From contig NIVC01000460.1 in the NCBI GenBank assembly GCA_002269645.1, positions 186,001 through 250,000 of the forward strand: a DNA stretch of 64,000 nucleotides. The letters run 5' to 3'. The translations under genes were made by a program, and so were the position numbers. Below the pieces are notes generated by a model that saw only the letters and a list, made by a program, of their open reading frames with translations, had not been told where the DNA came from and searched no databases. This document shows positions 12,330-26,550 of this stretch, piece after piece; within the stretch, counting starts at the first letter, position 1; the number at the start of each line of letters is the position of its first letter. The stretch is from Macrostomum lignano (taxonomy: Eukaryota).

Positions 12330-15150
12330 AGCGGATTTATTACACTGCTGATATGTCTGTTTCAGTTTGCATAACTGTTTTAGCTATTCATGACTTCATA
12401 TATTTTAGCTACACCAGTGAGCTCTTTTCTGACTCTTTTTTCATTTGTAGCATATCCTAACTTGTGTACTTGCTTGTCATTCAAGAGGTACTGACAGAAG
12501 TATTTTTTTCTGATCTTTTCAGTTTGTGGACATTCGGTCAAGTAGTGTAGGATATCGGAACCATTTCTCGCTCCACACAGTCTACATGCTTCATGAGAGA
12601 AAATGTTGGGTGTAATTTTGCATTTCAGTTTTAGGAGGGTTGTTAGGAATTTTTTGTTTCTAAAAGTGCATGGAAAGTAATCTGAAAGGTCGGGCCTGCA
12701 GATTTTTTTGTAGAGATAGGCATTTTTGTAGAGTTTAATATGTTGCTGATTCTCTAGCTTTTGGCTAAGTTCTCTTTCTGTGTATCTTGAGGTGCTTTTT
12801 CACTAGGTATTTCTCGTTATTAAAGCTTTGGGAAAGTTTATCTTCAGTTAGTGCTTTTAAGTCTATACTTTCCAGTTTCTTTAGTACATTTGTTTTCCAT
12901 GGATTTTTTTGGCTGGTGTTTGAGTAGAAAATTTCTAGAGTCGTTTGGCTTTGGCAGAGTTTTTTGTGTCTAATCTTCAGCCAGTAGATGAGGTAGGTTT
13001 TAGCGATTCGTTGAGAGATTGGAGTAAGCTCAAGTTCTGATGATATCACCCTGTTGCTAGCAAATTTTGGTAGATTGAAGAGATATTTGTAGAATTTCAG
13101 CTGAATATTATCAATAGCTTTTGTATCAGACATGGTAGCCAGAGGGCCCCAGAGCTCACAACCGTAAGTGATAACGGGGGTAACAAGCGCGTCAAATAGT
13201 CTGCGAATGAGTGTGATATCTATGGACGTATTCTTTACCCTATGGAGTAGGGAAAACATGGCTGTATATCCCTGCTTAGTTTGGTGTTCAATACATTTTT
13301 AAAGCTGTTTTTTGGTTCAAAAATAATTCCCAGGTATTTAAATTCATTTACTTCTTCTATTTCTTGGTTGTCGTAGTATATTTTTGTAGCAATGCTATCT
13401 GTGTCGTTTTTTTGTCTGGTATTGCCCTGCATAAACTTTGTTTTGCTTGCGTTTACTTTCAAGTAATTTTGTTTGCAGTAATTTTCCATAGTCGTAAATG
13501 TGTCTTGAAGTTCGTCTTTGTTTTTAGCTAGAATGGCTTGATCGTCTGCAAAGAGTAGGATGAGTGGGAAAGCAGATCTCGTAAGAGAGCGCCTAGCGCT
13601 AGAGAGTTCAAGATATTCAACAATGTCGTCAATATATAGTTCAAAAAGAATGGTAGAGAGAGGGTTGCCTTGAAGAACACCTTTAGATATTGGGATTGCC
13701 TGGGTTTCATCATCATCATCATCTTTTTTTAGAATGAAGCAGGCATTTTTATGCATGTTCTTGATAAGTTCTATCATTTGACCTTTAATACCCTGATTAT
13801 CTGTTTTGCACCAAAGGGTCGGTTGATTTAAGCTATCGAAGGCTTTTTCATAGTCAACAAATCCAATAAAGAGTTCTTCTTTGTTGTAGATGGATTGGTT
13901 TATAATGTTGTAAAGATTAAAACATTGGTCGATTGTGCTGTGATTGGGCTTGAAACCGTATTGGTATTTTGATATAAGATTGTTTGCGTATGCTAGGTTT
14001 TCGAGTCTGGATTTAATAATTTGGCAAAAGAGCTTGCCAAGAATTGGTTGAATGCAGATTCCTCTGTAATTGTTGGGGTTGGCACTGTTGCCTTTGTTTT
14101 TATAAATCGGATGAAGTGTATTTGTTATCCAACTAGTTGGGAAGGTTCCTTGTTTGAGTGCTTCGTTGAAAAGTGAGCATAGGAGGTCAGCAAGTTCGTT
14201 CTCGAGGTATTTGAGTGTTTCTACATATACTTTATTGTGCCCAGGTGCTTTGTCGGTTTTGAGCTTTTTGATATGTTTTATAACTTCTTCTTTGGTGAAT
14301 GGGGCATTGAAATCCTCTAAATCAGCCAGAATAGGGTTGTCAAGGTGAAGATTGTATGAGAGTCTAATGCTGCTGTCTTGTTCAGTTACAAGATTTTGAA
14401 AGTGTATGACAAATTTTTCATCAATTGTTACTCTGTTGTTTGAGGGATTTGGTGTTTTTAATAAGTTCCAAAGTTGTTTTGTATCGTTTTGAATAAAGGC
14501 CTGGTTGATCATGTTGTCTGCACAGAGAGTTGTTTCAAATTTCCATGAAGTGAGCTTTTTTTCGTATGCTTTTTTGAGTTGTACTTTGCTTGAGAGGTTG
14601 TTGGGAGTAGGGAAGGTTTTATATCTTCTGCAGGCATGTCTAGCAGCGTTTCTTAAATCTTTAAGGAAGCGAGGCAGTGTTGAGCATAGTGGGTTCTTTA
14701 TCTCTACTGTGATGTTGTTTTGAATTTGTCTAACTTTTCTACTTAATTCATTTATAAAAGCTGGGTTTTGTATGTCTAGATTTGTGATTTTGTCATGCAT
14801 GTTTTTCAGGTCATTTGCGAAGTTATTGATATGTTTTTCTTATTGCAGGTTGGGTTTATGTGACTTTTTTAGGACTCTGTATCTCGTTTTTGAGTTATTG
14901 GTTGCTTGTTTAGTTTCTGTGATTTCCTCTGTGAATTCACTTGATAAGGAGAGCACTATTTGGTTGTGGTCACTAAAGTAGGAGTGGTTCTTTACTTTAA
15001 AGTCTTCAAGGTGTTGGAGTAAGCTGGTAGAGACGAAACAGAGATCAATAACAGAAGAACCAGATTTTGAGAGAAAGGTGAATTCACCATTTGTGTCTGA
15101 TAGTGAATTATGTGAAATTTTATTTGTGTTAGTAATCAGCATTTTAGAAG
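12330..15150 (-). mobile_element. Decayed, 5'-truncated non-LTR retrotransposon (LINE) ORF2: end of APE endonuclease, RT, C-terminal CCHC knuckle
   Basis: Endonuclease end FTFLSKSGSSVIDL...SDH (14840-15142). RT motifs KAPG, NYRGI, QYGFK, FVDYEKAFDS, GVLQG.PLS..LF, LFADD, FKYLG (13235-14800). TYGCELWG (12765-13259). CRLC-x9-H-x4-C near 12530-12590. One in-frame stop at 14840 and several frameshifts. Confidence 0.93.
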
Positions 15151-15237
15151 TGAAAGATTTTGGTTTAATAGTCTATGTAAATCTGATTGTTAAAATATAA
15201 GTCGCCTTTCTTAGAAAATTGTTGTGCATGCATCATC

Positions 15238-15935
15238 CAAGGACGACTTAAGTAGAAGGACGGGAAACCTCGTTTCTTAGAAAATATTTGAAGGCACTTT
15301 TTCCCGAAAAAAAATCACTACGGAGATAGGAAGTTTTCATTTTTTCAGCACAAAAATTGTTATTGCGTTTGATAGGAGGCAGATCCTGTGTTCATCTTTT
15401 GATATGTTGTGCCTTTTTTATTGCTCTATCAATATTTATAAAGCTTTTCGTTTAGAAAATTAGGATTCTATGTTAATTTTTTATTCTACGTATATTTTCA
15501 AGTGTCTTGTGCTTGAAATACATTAGAATACCACGGCTTGGCTCTTTGATTTTATGAGTCTATTTTATCCTACTTACCTGACTGTATAGCAAATAGTCAT
15601 AACATAGATGATAAAATAGATTCATAAAACCAAATATTGGAGCTGTGCCATGCATTTTTGTGATTTTTAGATACAGGAAATATACGTAAAATAAAAAATT
15701 AACAAAGAATCCTAATTTTCTGAACAGAAAGCTTTATAAATATCGATAGAGCAATAAAAAAGGCACAACATATCAAAAGATCAACACTGGATCTGCCTCC
15801 TATCAAAAGTTATAGCAATTTTTGTGCTGAAAAAATAAAATTTCCTATCTCCGCAGTGTATTTTTTCGGGAAAAAGTGCCTTCAAAAACTTTCTAAGAAA
15901 TGAGGTTTCCCGTCCTTCTACTTAAGTCGTCCTTG
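15238..15935. mobile_element. Foldback-type MITE, ~260-bp TIRs, hAT- or P-like ends
   Basis: caaggacgacttaagtagaaggacgggaaacc ... ggtttcccgtccttctacttaagtcgtccttg; the inverted match continues inward to about 15500/15675. 8-bp TSD gcatcatc at 15230-15237 and 15936-15943. Confidence 0.88.
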
Positions 15936-18900
15936 GCATCATCTTTATTTAACCTCCTTGTCCTAAATCATGAAAAGTCCAAAATAGTTTTATTAAACGA
16001 ACAGAAAGTTGCTTCACGGCAACCAAGCGACAGCAGCTGCATCTTTTTGCTAAATTCATATATTAAGAGATTTTCCAAAATGGCCTAAAATTGTTGTCTA
16101 AGTGACTATCGCCGAAATGTCTTGTTGCTGAAGTAAAGACTAGGCGTAGTCTAAGACTTAAGTGTCCAACGCCGATGGTGATTGGTCTTGTCGCCGAAAG
16201 TAGCTGGTAGCCGTTTGATTCCTATTCACTCTGTTAATATTCTCTGCTTTTACGAGTATTCTAATTCTAATCTAATATTTATTAGGTTTTTGTGTAATAT
16301 GCTTATGCTTTATTACTATTAGAGTAACAACAACATTCAACAATGTCAATAACAAGATAGGTTAGGCCTATTTGTTTTAAAAACAATAGAGAAACCCACT
16401 TTTGCCTCCTTACTGACCACCAAAAAAAGAAAGATGTGTTCTCTAGTCTAGTTTAAGTTTGAATTTTTTATGTTAACTTAAGGCCTTAATTGCAATGTTT
16501 TCATTGAAATATTAAATTTGTTGTGTTTTGTATTATTATTAGGCCTAGGCCTAGGCCTTTAGTTTTTATGGCTAGATTCTATGAGTATGACAGTTGTAGA
16601 TTTTAGGATATGGGATATCTAGTTATAATACTGGTTTTTAATATGAAAAAGATAATTTGTACATTTTTTGTCCAAAAATAGGCCTAGCAAGTCTGCCATA
16701 GTCCGGATGGTGTAATGTGGTATGCCGGAAGGAAAAAGGAGGATTCCCAAGTGGTACGCCAGTGGTACGCCAAAAGAAAGACGTGGGGGTCCCTCAGTGT
16801 ATAACGTTGCGGCACTTCGACTTCGACATTTCAACTTTGAAAATGGTAAAAATATGGCGGACAAACTTTAACAATTATTAAAAAATAACAGATATAATCA
16901 GCGCTCAGAAATTTATTTACCAATAATACTAGGCTAAATTATTTTATTACATATTTATAAAATGATTAATCAAGTTATACAATGCAGGAAAAAATATATG
17001 CAATTTTTTACGTAAAATACATTGTCGTGTGATGTAGTCGTATCTTGTATGTCGTAATTTACGCAAAATTACAAAAAGTTTTTACTCTGGCAACGATTTT
17101 TTTGCCTGGTGGTGCCAATGGTACGCTAAAAGTGGTATGCCAATTCAACTTCAGCTTGGTGGTACGCCAAAGGTGGTACGCCAAATGCTTTTTCGAATCG
17201 GTGGTACGCCAATGGTGGTACGCCAATTTTTTGGAAAATTCATTTGGTACGCCGGAAATCTCCGGCGTAAAATGACCAGTTTGGGCAAAATGACCAGTTA
17301 GGCCTACCTATTGGCATATAAAAGACCAAAATATTGTAATGTAAAAAATGGTCTTATATTGCTACAATGCAAAAAAAGTTTTTATTGTTGCAATATCTTT
17401 TTTTAATGTCCAGTGTACATATCACAAGTATATTTGTTCTTCTTGTGTAAATTTTAATTTATAGTGTAGCGGAATCATTTTTTCTAGTATACCATATAAT
17501 AGATTTATGATTATGTGTCTGCCAGAGATCTATGCTAAGATAGACAGTTTATCTGCTATTGTGTCCAATGAAAAAATATACCACAGTCCAGATCATGCTA
17601 GGTGCACAGCCAAACAAAAATTGAATAATTAAAAATGCATGCCAAAAAAATTAAGTGCACACATATTTTCAAATCTATGCCAGTATTGCAACAATAATGA
17701 CCATTTGGGTTGAATAAAAACCCTTTTGGATAATAATTTGGTTGATTTTTGGCTTTTTTGCCTATACTATTTATAGAAAAAAATCAATACACAGTAATAT
17801 TTGTTCAAATGCCTTATTACAAGCTTAAAATACCTAGAAAGCTTGAAATTTATGCTTAAAATGAGCTTTTTTATCTTTTTCCACCTAAGACTAACTCTTA
17901 CTTGATTCTATAAGGTGTATACCAGGTGTGCAAGCACACTTCTTAGGAGTGATGCACATTAACTGTGTACATCTATTTTTGGCATGCAAGGCCAATAATG
18001 CATGCCCAAATTTTTAGGTATATACTACATGATTTGGAGTGTGAACAATACCTATCAATAAAGCAGTAAAGAATGTATTGGTTCAAAGAGAAATTGCTGC
18101 AAAAACATATATTTTTACCATTTAGTGCAACTTTTGTTAAGATAAATATAGATTATTAGATAATTATAGATGAATAAAGATTCATCTTAGGTTTTGAATG
18201 TATATTTTGGTAGAAATTTTGCACAAAGTAAGGCGACAAATGTTTTTCTCTGTGCCATTCTTGTAGTATTACAAATAATAAATAAACTTAATGTATAGTA
18301 GGGGCTTAAATACATTATAAAATCACATTTAAAATGTCAAAATCAAAGTGTAAAATCAGTTAAAATGAAAGCTAAATTATACAATGTCATATCTTCAAAA
18401 TATGTTATGCAACAGACAAACAAACTATAACATTTTCCCTTTGCTTTGAATATTAGGACTAAGCACAAATTAATTTATTAATCATATAATTGTAATATGC
18501 AATATATCATGTAGTCATGTAGAAATGAACAATGAATGCATCCATCATTGAATAGTCATTTGTCTGCTGGCAAATAAACTAAGAGCAAACAAAATAATTG
18601 CATCCCATAGATATGCTAGTTGTTGCCACAAAAATATGCACATATCAGACAAAAATAATTGCTCTTGAATTACTATGAATTTTGGTTGCCTGATCATCTT
18701 TCTAGGTAATTTTAGATTTTGGACTTCACCCAAATTTGGATAAATAGCAGGAGTATTTATAACTATATTATTAAGGCTAAATATCTTGTGATCTAATTAA
18801 GACTGAATTCAGATTACTTCTATGTATTTTTCAAGTGGTCATTTTTGCAACTTACCTTGGCTAGGCCCTTTGCCAGTCAGCTAGATTGGCTAGCTTGGAC

Positions 18901-19366
18901 AGGTATTGCAAGGAAATAGTCAAGGAAATATACATTAACATTTGGTACAAAAATCCTATGATAGTTGTAGCTAACTTGGTAAAGGTTTTGTGTGTAATGT
19001 ATGAAACATCATGAAAACTAAATTTACTATATAAAAGTACATATAAGTAGCTAATTTTTTGTGTATTTTTCTAATACTATACATGCTAGAACCATGCAAA
19101 AAACTTTGAAACTAATTTTATGATAGTCATAGCTACTGCTATGATTTTGAACCTTCAAGGCAAATTTCTCTTTTTTAGAAAAGCCTTTTTTAAAAAAGCT
19201 TTCCAAAACTATGCATAAGGCAATATAGTCTAAAAGAAAATATATAAACCCATGTTATTTATAGGAAGCTAAAAATGAAATTAAAAAGACTATTATATAT
19301 TGTAACACTTATTTTAGACTAGATGTAGGCTTACATTATAATTTTGCAAAAACTGTCATTTATTCA

Positions 19367-19674
19367 CAGTGGTGGATCTAGAGTTTCATTTTGGGGGAGG
19401 GGGCAGTCTAAGTTTAGACAAAAATATAAGGGGTGCCAATTTTTTAAGCTAGGGGGTGCCAAAGATGTGTATATAGGGCAAAAAGTCAAGCTTAAGGGTG
19501 CAAAAATGCATGTAAAGGGTGAAAAGTCAAACTTAGAGGCGCAAAAAGGGCATTGAGGGGGGGGGCAAAAAATCAAGTTTAGGGGGTGCAAACTCATGTT
19601 TTGGGGGGGCACAATGTTCTTTCAGGCTCATTTAGAGGGGGGGTGGCTGCCCCACCTCCCCTAAATCCAACCCT
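19367..19674. mobile_element. Probable old hAT-type MITE (CAGTGGCGGATCTAG-like ends, G-rich interior)
   Basis: cagtggtggatctag ... ctaaatccaaccctg imperfect TIR with repeated ggggg(t/g)gcaaaa motifs; no intact TSD. Confidence 0.5.
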
Positions 19675-20573
19675 GATCTAAACTATGGGTACCTCTACAA
19701 AAAGAAAAAAATATATGCAATGAAATATGCTAGGCATGTAATGCAAGTATAATATATAACATTCAAACCTAAATATTTGTTAATCTATAGTTGTTTTATG
19801 TATTCATGTATAAACTCAGCATTATATAAGCCATGTTTTCTTAGTTATGATTTAAAAAATGTGAAAGTGGAATGTAGTTTATAGCAAATTACCCAAAAAT
19901 ATAGGTCAGGCAAAGTTGTCTATTTAATGATTTATCTTAGTTAAACTATAAGTTACATCTTTTTATTTTTAGATAAAAGAGAAAGTTCTTGCAGTTTCCA
20001 AAGTTAGGCCTATATAAATTTCTAGAAACTTACAGAAGATTTTGTGTGCAGAGGTGTATAAATGCCAGTGACTGATGCAGATCAACCCAAATTAAGTTTC
20101 AGGTATAGAGCTACAGTACCTTTACATTTACTTTAAGTATTTCAATTCATAGTGGGCTTTATTAAAAACTGCAACAACTTTCTGTTTTACCAAATATATA
20201 ATTCCATTTGGCTAGGTAAGCTTTTAGGCTTGTTTCATCACTGAGGTAGTTAAACATGACATGTCTCATTTGATTTTTGTGTTATTGTAGTATTCTATAT
20301 TACTAACATGGCATCTTGAAAGACTATGTACATTTGTACAGTGTGCTAATTTTTTATGAAATAGAAAACTGTTTAAATAGAAAGCTAATTCATACAGCAT
20401 ATAATTCTGTTTGCTGCATGACAATGCCATTGATTTCTTGTTCAATCTAACATTAAAGTCGCTAGTTAGTCAGATTTCCAAGTCACAAGCATTCCTAGGT
20501 GGCAAAAAAGATTAAAAGATTTCCGCACTATACTACTTGAATTAGTAGCTGAAAGTTGAATAAATTATTAAGC

Positions 20574-22272
20574 ATGGAAGATGAATACGAATCGCTGCTG
20601 CCAGATAGCACGCCCAGTCAGCACATGATTGCGGGAGCCTGCGCTGGGGTGATGGAGCACACCATTGTGTATCCGGTTGATTGCGTCAAAACCCGGCTGC
20701 AGTGCCTGCGCCCGCTTGAAGGTGCTCGCTATGCCGGCTTGATCGACGGCCTGAGAACACTGATGCAAACTGAGGGCATTGGAAGGTCGCTGCGCGGCAT
20801 CGGCGCCGTGGTTGCCGGAGCTGGGCCCGCCCACGCAATGTACTTTTCCTGCTACGAACAGGGCAAACGGAGCCTATTGGGTCTGGGCTGGAATGAACGG
20901 GCCAGCTATCTAGTTAGCGCTATTGGGGCTACTCTTCTGCACGACGCTATTATGACGCCCGCAGATGGTCAGTTGCTCTTGATATTAGCAAATTGTCACT
21001 TCTTGCTTGTTGCTAGGCGGCTCCAGGTGTGATATTTTGTTTCAGAAGACTGATGTGAGTTTCTCAGTTTGATGAGAGTGACATTCCTGGTGTGAGTTTT
21101 CCAGTTTGATGAGAGTGACATTCCTGGTGTGAGTTTCTCAGTTTGATGAGAGTGATATTCCTGGTGTGAGTTTTCCAGTTTGATGAGAGTGACATTCCTG
21201 TTGTGAATTTCCCAGTTTGATGAGGGTGACATTCCTGGTGTGAATTTCTCAGTTTGATGAGAGTGACATTCCTGGTGTGAGTTCCCCAGTTTGATGAGAG
21301 AGACATTCCTGGTGTGAGTTTCTCAGTTTGATGAGAGTGACATTCCTGGTGTGAGTTTCTCAGTTTAATGAGAGTGACATTCCTGTTGTGAGTTTCTCAG
21401 TTTGATGAGAGTGACATTCCTGGTGTGAGTTTCCCAGTTTGATGAGAGTGACATTCCTGGTGTGAGTTTTCCTGTTTGATGAGAGTGACATTCCTGGTGT
21501 GAGTTTCTCAGTTTGATGAGAGTGACATTCCTGGTGTGAGTTTCCCAGTTTGATGAGAGTGACATTCCGGTCTGAGACCCCAGCCTTGTACATATCAAAG
21601 AGCTGCTCAACCCCAGAACAGGTACCGTGGTTAACTTGCAAAGTCTGCAATAGCTGGCACCACCCCATTGCACCCGCAGCTGTCAAGCAGCGAGTCCAGA
21701 TGTTCCGCTCCCCCTACTCCGGCTGCATCGACTGTCTCCGCTCCGTTCTCCGTTCCGAAGGCGTCTCGGCTCTGTACCGCGCCTACGGCACCCAGCTGAG
21801 CATGAACATACCCTTTCATATGGTACATTTTAGCGCCTACGAGTTGGGTCAGGATCTGCTCAATCCTCAGAGGAATTACGCACCCCATACTCACGTACTA
21901 AGCGGAGGTTTTGCCGGCGTTTGCGCCGCCGCCTGCACCAACCCGTTGGACGTCTGCAAGACCCTGCTGAACACTCAGGAACGATGCGCACTGCAGGCCG
22001 CTGGCACCGCTGCCAGCACTGAGATCGGTGGCCCCGCTGCTGCTGCCGCCTCCAGCCCGACTCAGAATCGAGTAATTATCAGTTCATTCTTATCCGCAGC
22101 TAAAACTGTTTACCAACTAGAAGGCCTATCGGGTTATTTTCGCGGAGTACAAGCCAGGGTGGTGTTTCAAATGCCCGGCACCGCTATCTCTTGGTCCGTG
22201 TACGAAACCTTTAAATGGTATTTGAGGCAGAGATCCGCCAATGCCAAGCAGCAGCAGAGCCAGCAAACTTAG
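20574..22272 (+). CDS. SLC25A37: Mitoferrin (SLC25A37/SLC25A28-like mitochondrial iron carrier); exons 20574-20967 and 21680-22272
   Basis: MEDEYESL...HMIAGACAGVMEHTIVYPVDCVKTRLQ, GAGPAHAMYF, TLLHDAIMTPAD/AVKQRVQM, YGTQLSMNIPF, TNPLDVCKTLLNTQ, GVQARVVFQMP.TAISWSVYETFK. GT..AG intron 20968-21679 (phase 1) joins in frame. Confidence 0.93.
21050..21568. repeat. Intronic minisatellite, 37-bp unit (cagtttgatgagagtgacattcctggtgtgagtttct)
   Basis: About 14 tandem copies inside the mitoferrin intron. Confidence 0.95.
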
Positions 22273-22429
22273 CCTTAACTCGCGCTTGTTCCAGCATCCT
22301 CTGATCCCTCCTTGACCTGTCCTTAACCGTTCGCGCTTATTGTAGAATAGCTGGCCTTTTTGGTTAGCTCTGCCGCGAAAGATAGAGTGAGATTATCCAA
22401 TTGATTCTGTTATGTATCGGGGTTGAGAT

Positions 22430-22790
22430 TATTCTATGTTTATCTATGAAGGTCAGATTATCAATCTGTTGTCTATGGGGCTGAGATTATCAATCTGTTG
22501 GCTATGGAGGGGCTGAGATTATCAATCTGTTGTCTATGGGGGTTGAGATTATCAATCTGTTGTCTATGAGGGCTGAGATTATCAATCTGTTGTCTTTAGG
22601 GGGGGTTGAGATTATCAATCTGTTGTCTATGAGGGCTGAGATTATCAATCTGTTGTCTTTAGGGGGGGTTGAGATTATCAATCTGTTGTCTATGGGGGTT
22701 GAGATTATCAATCTGTTGGCTATGGGGCTGAGATTATCAATCTGTTGTCTATGGGGGGCTGAGATTATCAATCTGTTGTCTATGGTTTCA
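22430..22790. repeat. Minisatellite, ~28-33-bp unit (gagattatcaatctgttgtctatgggg)
   Basis: Tandem copies downstream of the mitoferrin stop. Confidence 0.9.
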
Positions 22791-23527
22791 ATGAACAGCA
22801 CGACAATTTAGGCTTGTCATTACTAATGTCTATACCGATAGTAAATTCTGTAAGCATTAGTATTCAGTTGATTTTCAATCGCACCTTTGAGCTTGATCCA
22901 TTCAATATGCCGAGAAGTGTGTTTGACCCCAGTGACTTCGTTGCATATTTTCTAAATCGCGCTTTGCTTTAAACGTTATTTAGTAGTTTTTGTGTGTTTC
23001 TATTAGGTTACCCTGTACTGATTTGCTTTGATTGATTTCACTGATTTTTGATTGAAATCAATCAAAGGGTTGCATTATTTACTAATTTTTTATCCCTTCT
23101 CCGCTTCCAAGTGTGCTAAATCAACTGAGATAAACTAATTTGCTTCAAGACTTCTGTGCTTGTCCTGTTACTCCTAAGCTAGCTGAAATTGATTAGCTGA
23201 ATTATAACACTTGTATTCAATTAGAAAACATTACAATTAAAACCAATTTAAAATCCGTACTATACTACTTGTATCGGCTTGTCTGTGTCAGTAGTGCGAT
23301 TGCGAATAGCTTTAATTTTTGTTCAATGTCAACTTTCTTCTATGTATGCGCTGATCTCTTTTACGGTTGTCTCGCGTGCTCCGCTCTAAACTGCGCCTTT
23401 GCTCCATTGCAGCTGGCATTTGCAGTTCTCAATTGTGAGGATTTCAAGCCAGTCTAGAGCATTAATCTGCATTGATTTGCTGTTGCCTGACCTGGCTGTC
23501 TTAATGAGAAATAAAGCTGGGGAATTG

Positions 23528-23542
23528 ATCAGACAGACAGAC

Positions 23543-23599
<57 letters not shown>

Positions 23600-23666
23600 C
23601 AAACACAGACAGACAGACAGACAGACAGACAGAAAGAAAGACAGACAGACAGACAGGCAGGCAGTC

Positions 23667-23699
<33 letters not shown>

Positions 23700-24060
23700 G
23701 TCAGACAGGCAGAAAGACAGACAGACAGACAGACAGACAGGCAGAAAGACAGACAGACAGACAGACACATAAACACACAGACAGACAGACAGACACAGGC
23801 AGTCAGACAGGCAGACAGAAAGAAAGACAGACAGACAGACAGACAGGCAGTCAGACAGACAGACAGACAGACAGTCAGACAGGCAGAAAGACAGACAGAC
23901 AGACAGACAGACAGACAGTCAGACAGACAGACAGACAGAAAGACAGACAGACAGACAGTCAGACAGGCAGGCAGACAGACAGACACAGGCAGGCAGGCAG
24001 ACAGACACACAGACAGACAGACACAGGCAGGCAGGCAGGCAGACACAGTCACAGGCAGGC
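23528..24060. repeat. (GACA)n microsatellite with GGCA/GAAA variants
   Basis: Direct reading. Confidence 0.97.
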
Positions 24061-25149
24061 AGAGCAGCATTCTAGGGCCAGTCAGTGATTGCTTTTACAA
24101 ACGCATTACGCACAATGCTGAGACCATTATGGGCCATTGTTCACAACGCAGCACCCTTGGTGGCAACAATGACTTTTTTAGAGGGCGCTTTAGTGAAAAG
24201 GTTGCGCCGTACTTTCTTTACTGTTTCATTGTAATTCGCTTTAAAGGAAGCAATTTATTGTTTATGTGGACTACTGGAAACTGCTTCGCATTGCTTGCGC
24301 TCGAATAAAAATTTTGTGACAATTTCCGTTTTCTCGCGCTCTTCCCGCGTTCGTGTCTATTTTCTAAGAATTAATTTGCAGTGTGTATGTAGAGATGATG
24401 CCCGCAGTCATTGTCCGCGTTATTTTTTATTTAATAGACTAATAAACCGTAATTACACAGTTGCCGTTGATAAAAATGGTCTTATTTATATTTATTTATA
24501 AATACGTTAGTAAGTAAATAGCATTGTTGAGCAATGGAGCTGAGCAGTTGTTTTGTGTCACAGAGACATTCGCGAACCTTTTGGAGTTGAACAATTCAAT
24601 TGGAAGTTTTTCTATGTTATTCTTTTTTGCCGTTTATCGCATTTATTGACATGTACACTATGTACGCAGAGTCAATTATCGTGCACTTAAGCCCCAACTG
24701 AATGTGGCCTTGCATGGAATCGGTCGTAGTCGTAGCGTGATAGCCAGACGCTGAACGTAACGGAGCAACGCAAGTACACGCAATTCAATAATACTGGCTA
24801 AGCTTTTTGTTGCACATCTTCTCAGACAAAAAAATCAAGTCGCTGGCCCGCCGGACAGATAGCTCGTATTCAACATTTCTGCCAACATTCTGCCAAGCTT
24901 CACCAAATTTCATCAGCACGTTGACCACATGTGTCTGCATCAGCTCTGACTTCATTCGTCTCTGGCCTTCACCCAGGCGGAGCTTTTGGACCTTTAAAAG
25001 GTGGCACCAGGTGACTAAGGACACTCTGTTGCGAATTTCTCTGATATCGCTGATCAAACCTCGACTGGTATCAAGTCTCAACTGATAGGTGATCCTCAAA
25101 TTATCTCTTAAACATTCGGGCGTCATCTTAGACGCCGTAGACTCTTGAC

Positions 25150-25605
25150 GACTCTTAATAATCACTCAACGGAGTCTTGACATTGATTTAATAGAATACG
25201 AGTATTCTTAAGGGCTGGACAAAATCTTGATGATAAATCAACGGAATCTTAATTACGAGCCATATCTAAACGGAATCTTGATAGTGACTCAACGGAAACT
25301 TAACGATGGCTCAACTAAATCTTGATGATGGCTCAACTAAATCTTAACGATGGCTCAACTAAATCTTAATGATGACTCAACTAAATCTTAATAATGACTC
25401 AACTAAATCTTAATGATGACTCAACGGAATCTTGATGATGGCTCAACTAAATCTTAATGATGACTCAACGGAATCTTGATGATGGCTCAACTAAATCTTA
25501 ATGATGGCTCAACGGAATCTGATGATGTCTCGATGGAATCTTGATAGTGGCTAAAATAGGCTCGTAGTCTTGACAATGGCTCCACGGAATCTGGACAGTT
25601 ATAAT
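25150..25605. repeat. Degenerate ~21-bp array (gatgactcaacggaatctt), copy 1 of a dispersed satellite-bearing repeat
   Basis: Tandem variants; start and end motifs are shared with 27407-28175. Confidence 0.8.
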
Positions 25606-26194
25606 CTCTCAAGCCTTCATTCATCATCCAGACGCCGTCGCCTCCTTCAACGGGTGACACCAGGGGACGAGGAACACCTAAACGAAAGTTTTTACTGTCA
25701 CGCGAATCGAACTTAAGATAAAAAATGCTATTACAATCCACATGTAGGTACAATAGCAACAAGCATTATGTTTGCGCTAATTTTCCTTGTTTTTTATTGT
25801 TAATACTTCGTCGTGGCTCGTAGTAATAAGATTTTAAGAACAGAAACCTCTGCTTACTCAACTATCAGCGGGTTGGGTGCCCTTGTACTTTTTTAGTTTG
25901 ACTTGGGTGCGTCAGCGAGTCTCTGCTGAGATGCTTTTAACTCGGTATTCTAGATAATTATCCTACCTAATAAGTCTCTGGGTCGTCACGTTTTTCGTGT
26001 CAATCCCTCTACTTTGACTTTGAAATCGCAAAGTTTTTATGAGCCTTAGTTGAAGTCAGCCATTAATGTTTTGTGTTCTTTGTATAAGTTCGTGGCTAGC
26101 CTGATAATTAGTGCTTTCGGAATAGAGGTGCAGTGTCAGTATTCATCAAAATTAAATTTATTTATTTCACGGAAAAATCAATCCATTTGAATTC

Positions 26195-26550
26195 TCATCT
26201 CACAAACAGATATCGATCTATTTGAAATCTCATCTCACAGAGAGATATCGGTCTATTTGAAATCTCATCTCACGGAGACAAGTCGATCTATTTGAAATCT
26301 CATCTCACGGAGACAAGTCGATCTATTTGAAATCTCATCTCACGGAGACAAGTCGATCTATTTGAAATCTCATCTCACAGAGACAAGTCGATCTATTCGA
26401 AATCTCATCTCACGGCGACAAGTCGATCTATTTGAAATCTCATCTCACGGAGACAAGTCGATCTGTTTGAAATCTCATCTCACGGAGACAAGTCGATCTA
26501 TTTGAAATCTCATCTCACGGAGACAAGTCGATCTATTTGAAATCTCATCT
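26195..26550. repeat. Minisatellite, 35-bp unit (tttgaaatctcatctcacggagacaagtcgatcta)
   Basis: About 10 tandem copies. Confidence 0.95.

Noticed and set aside
16700-17280. Clusters of GGTACGCC motifs suggesting a MITE
   Set aside because: Motifs are direct rather than inverted; no TIR or TSD could be defined.
24785-25165. 126-aa minus-strand and 92-aa plus-strand ORFs
   Set aside because: No motif recognised and no convincing splice context.
26195-26550. CRISPR-like array (35-bp repeats)
   Set aside because: Units are directly adjacent with no unique spacers; eukaryotic context and no cas genes. The same applies to the other arrays.
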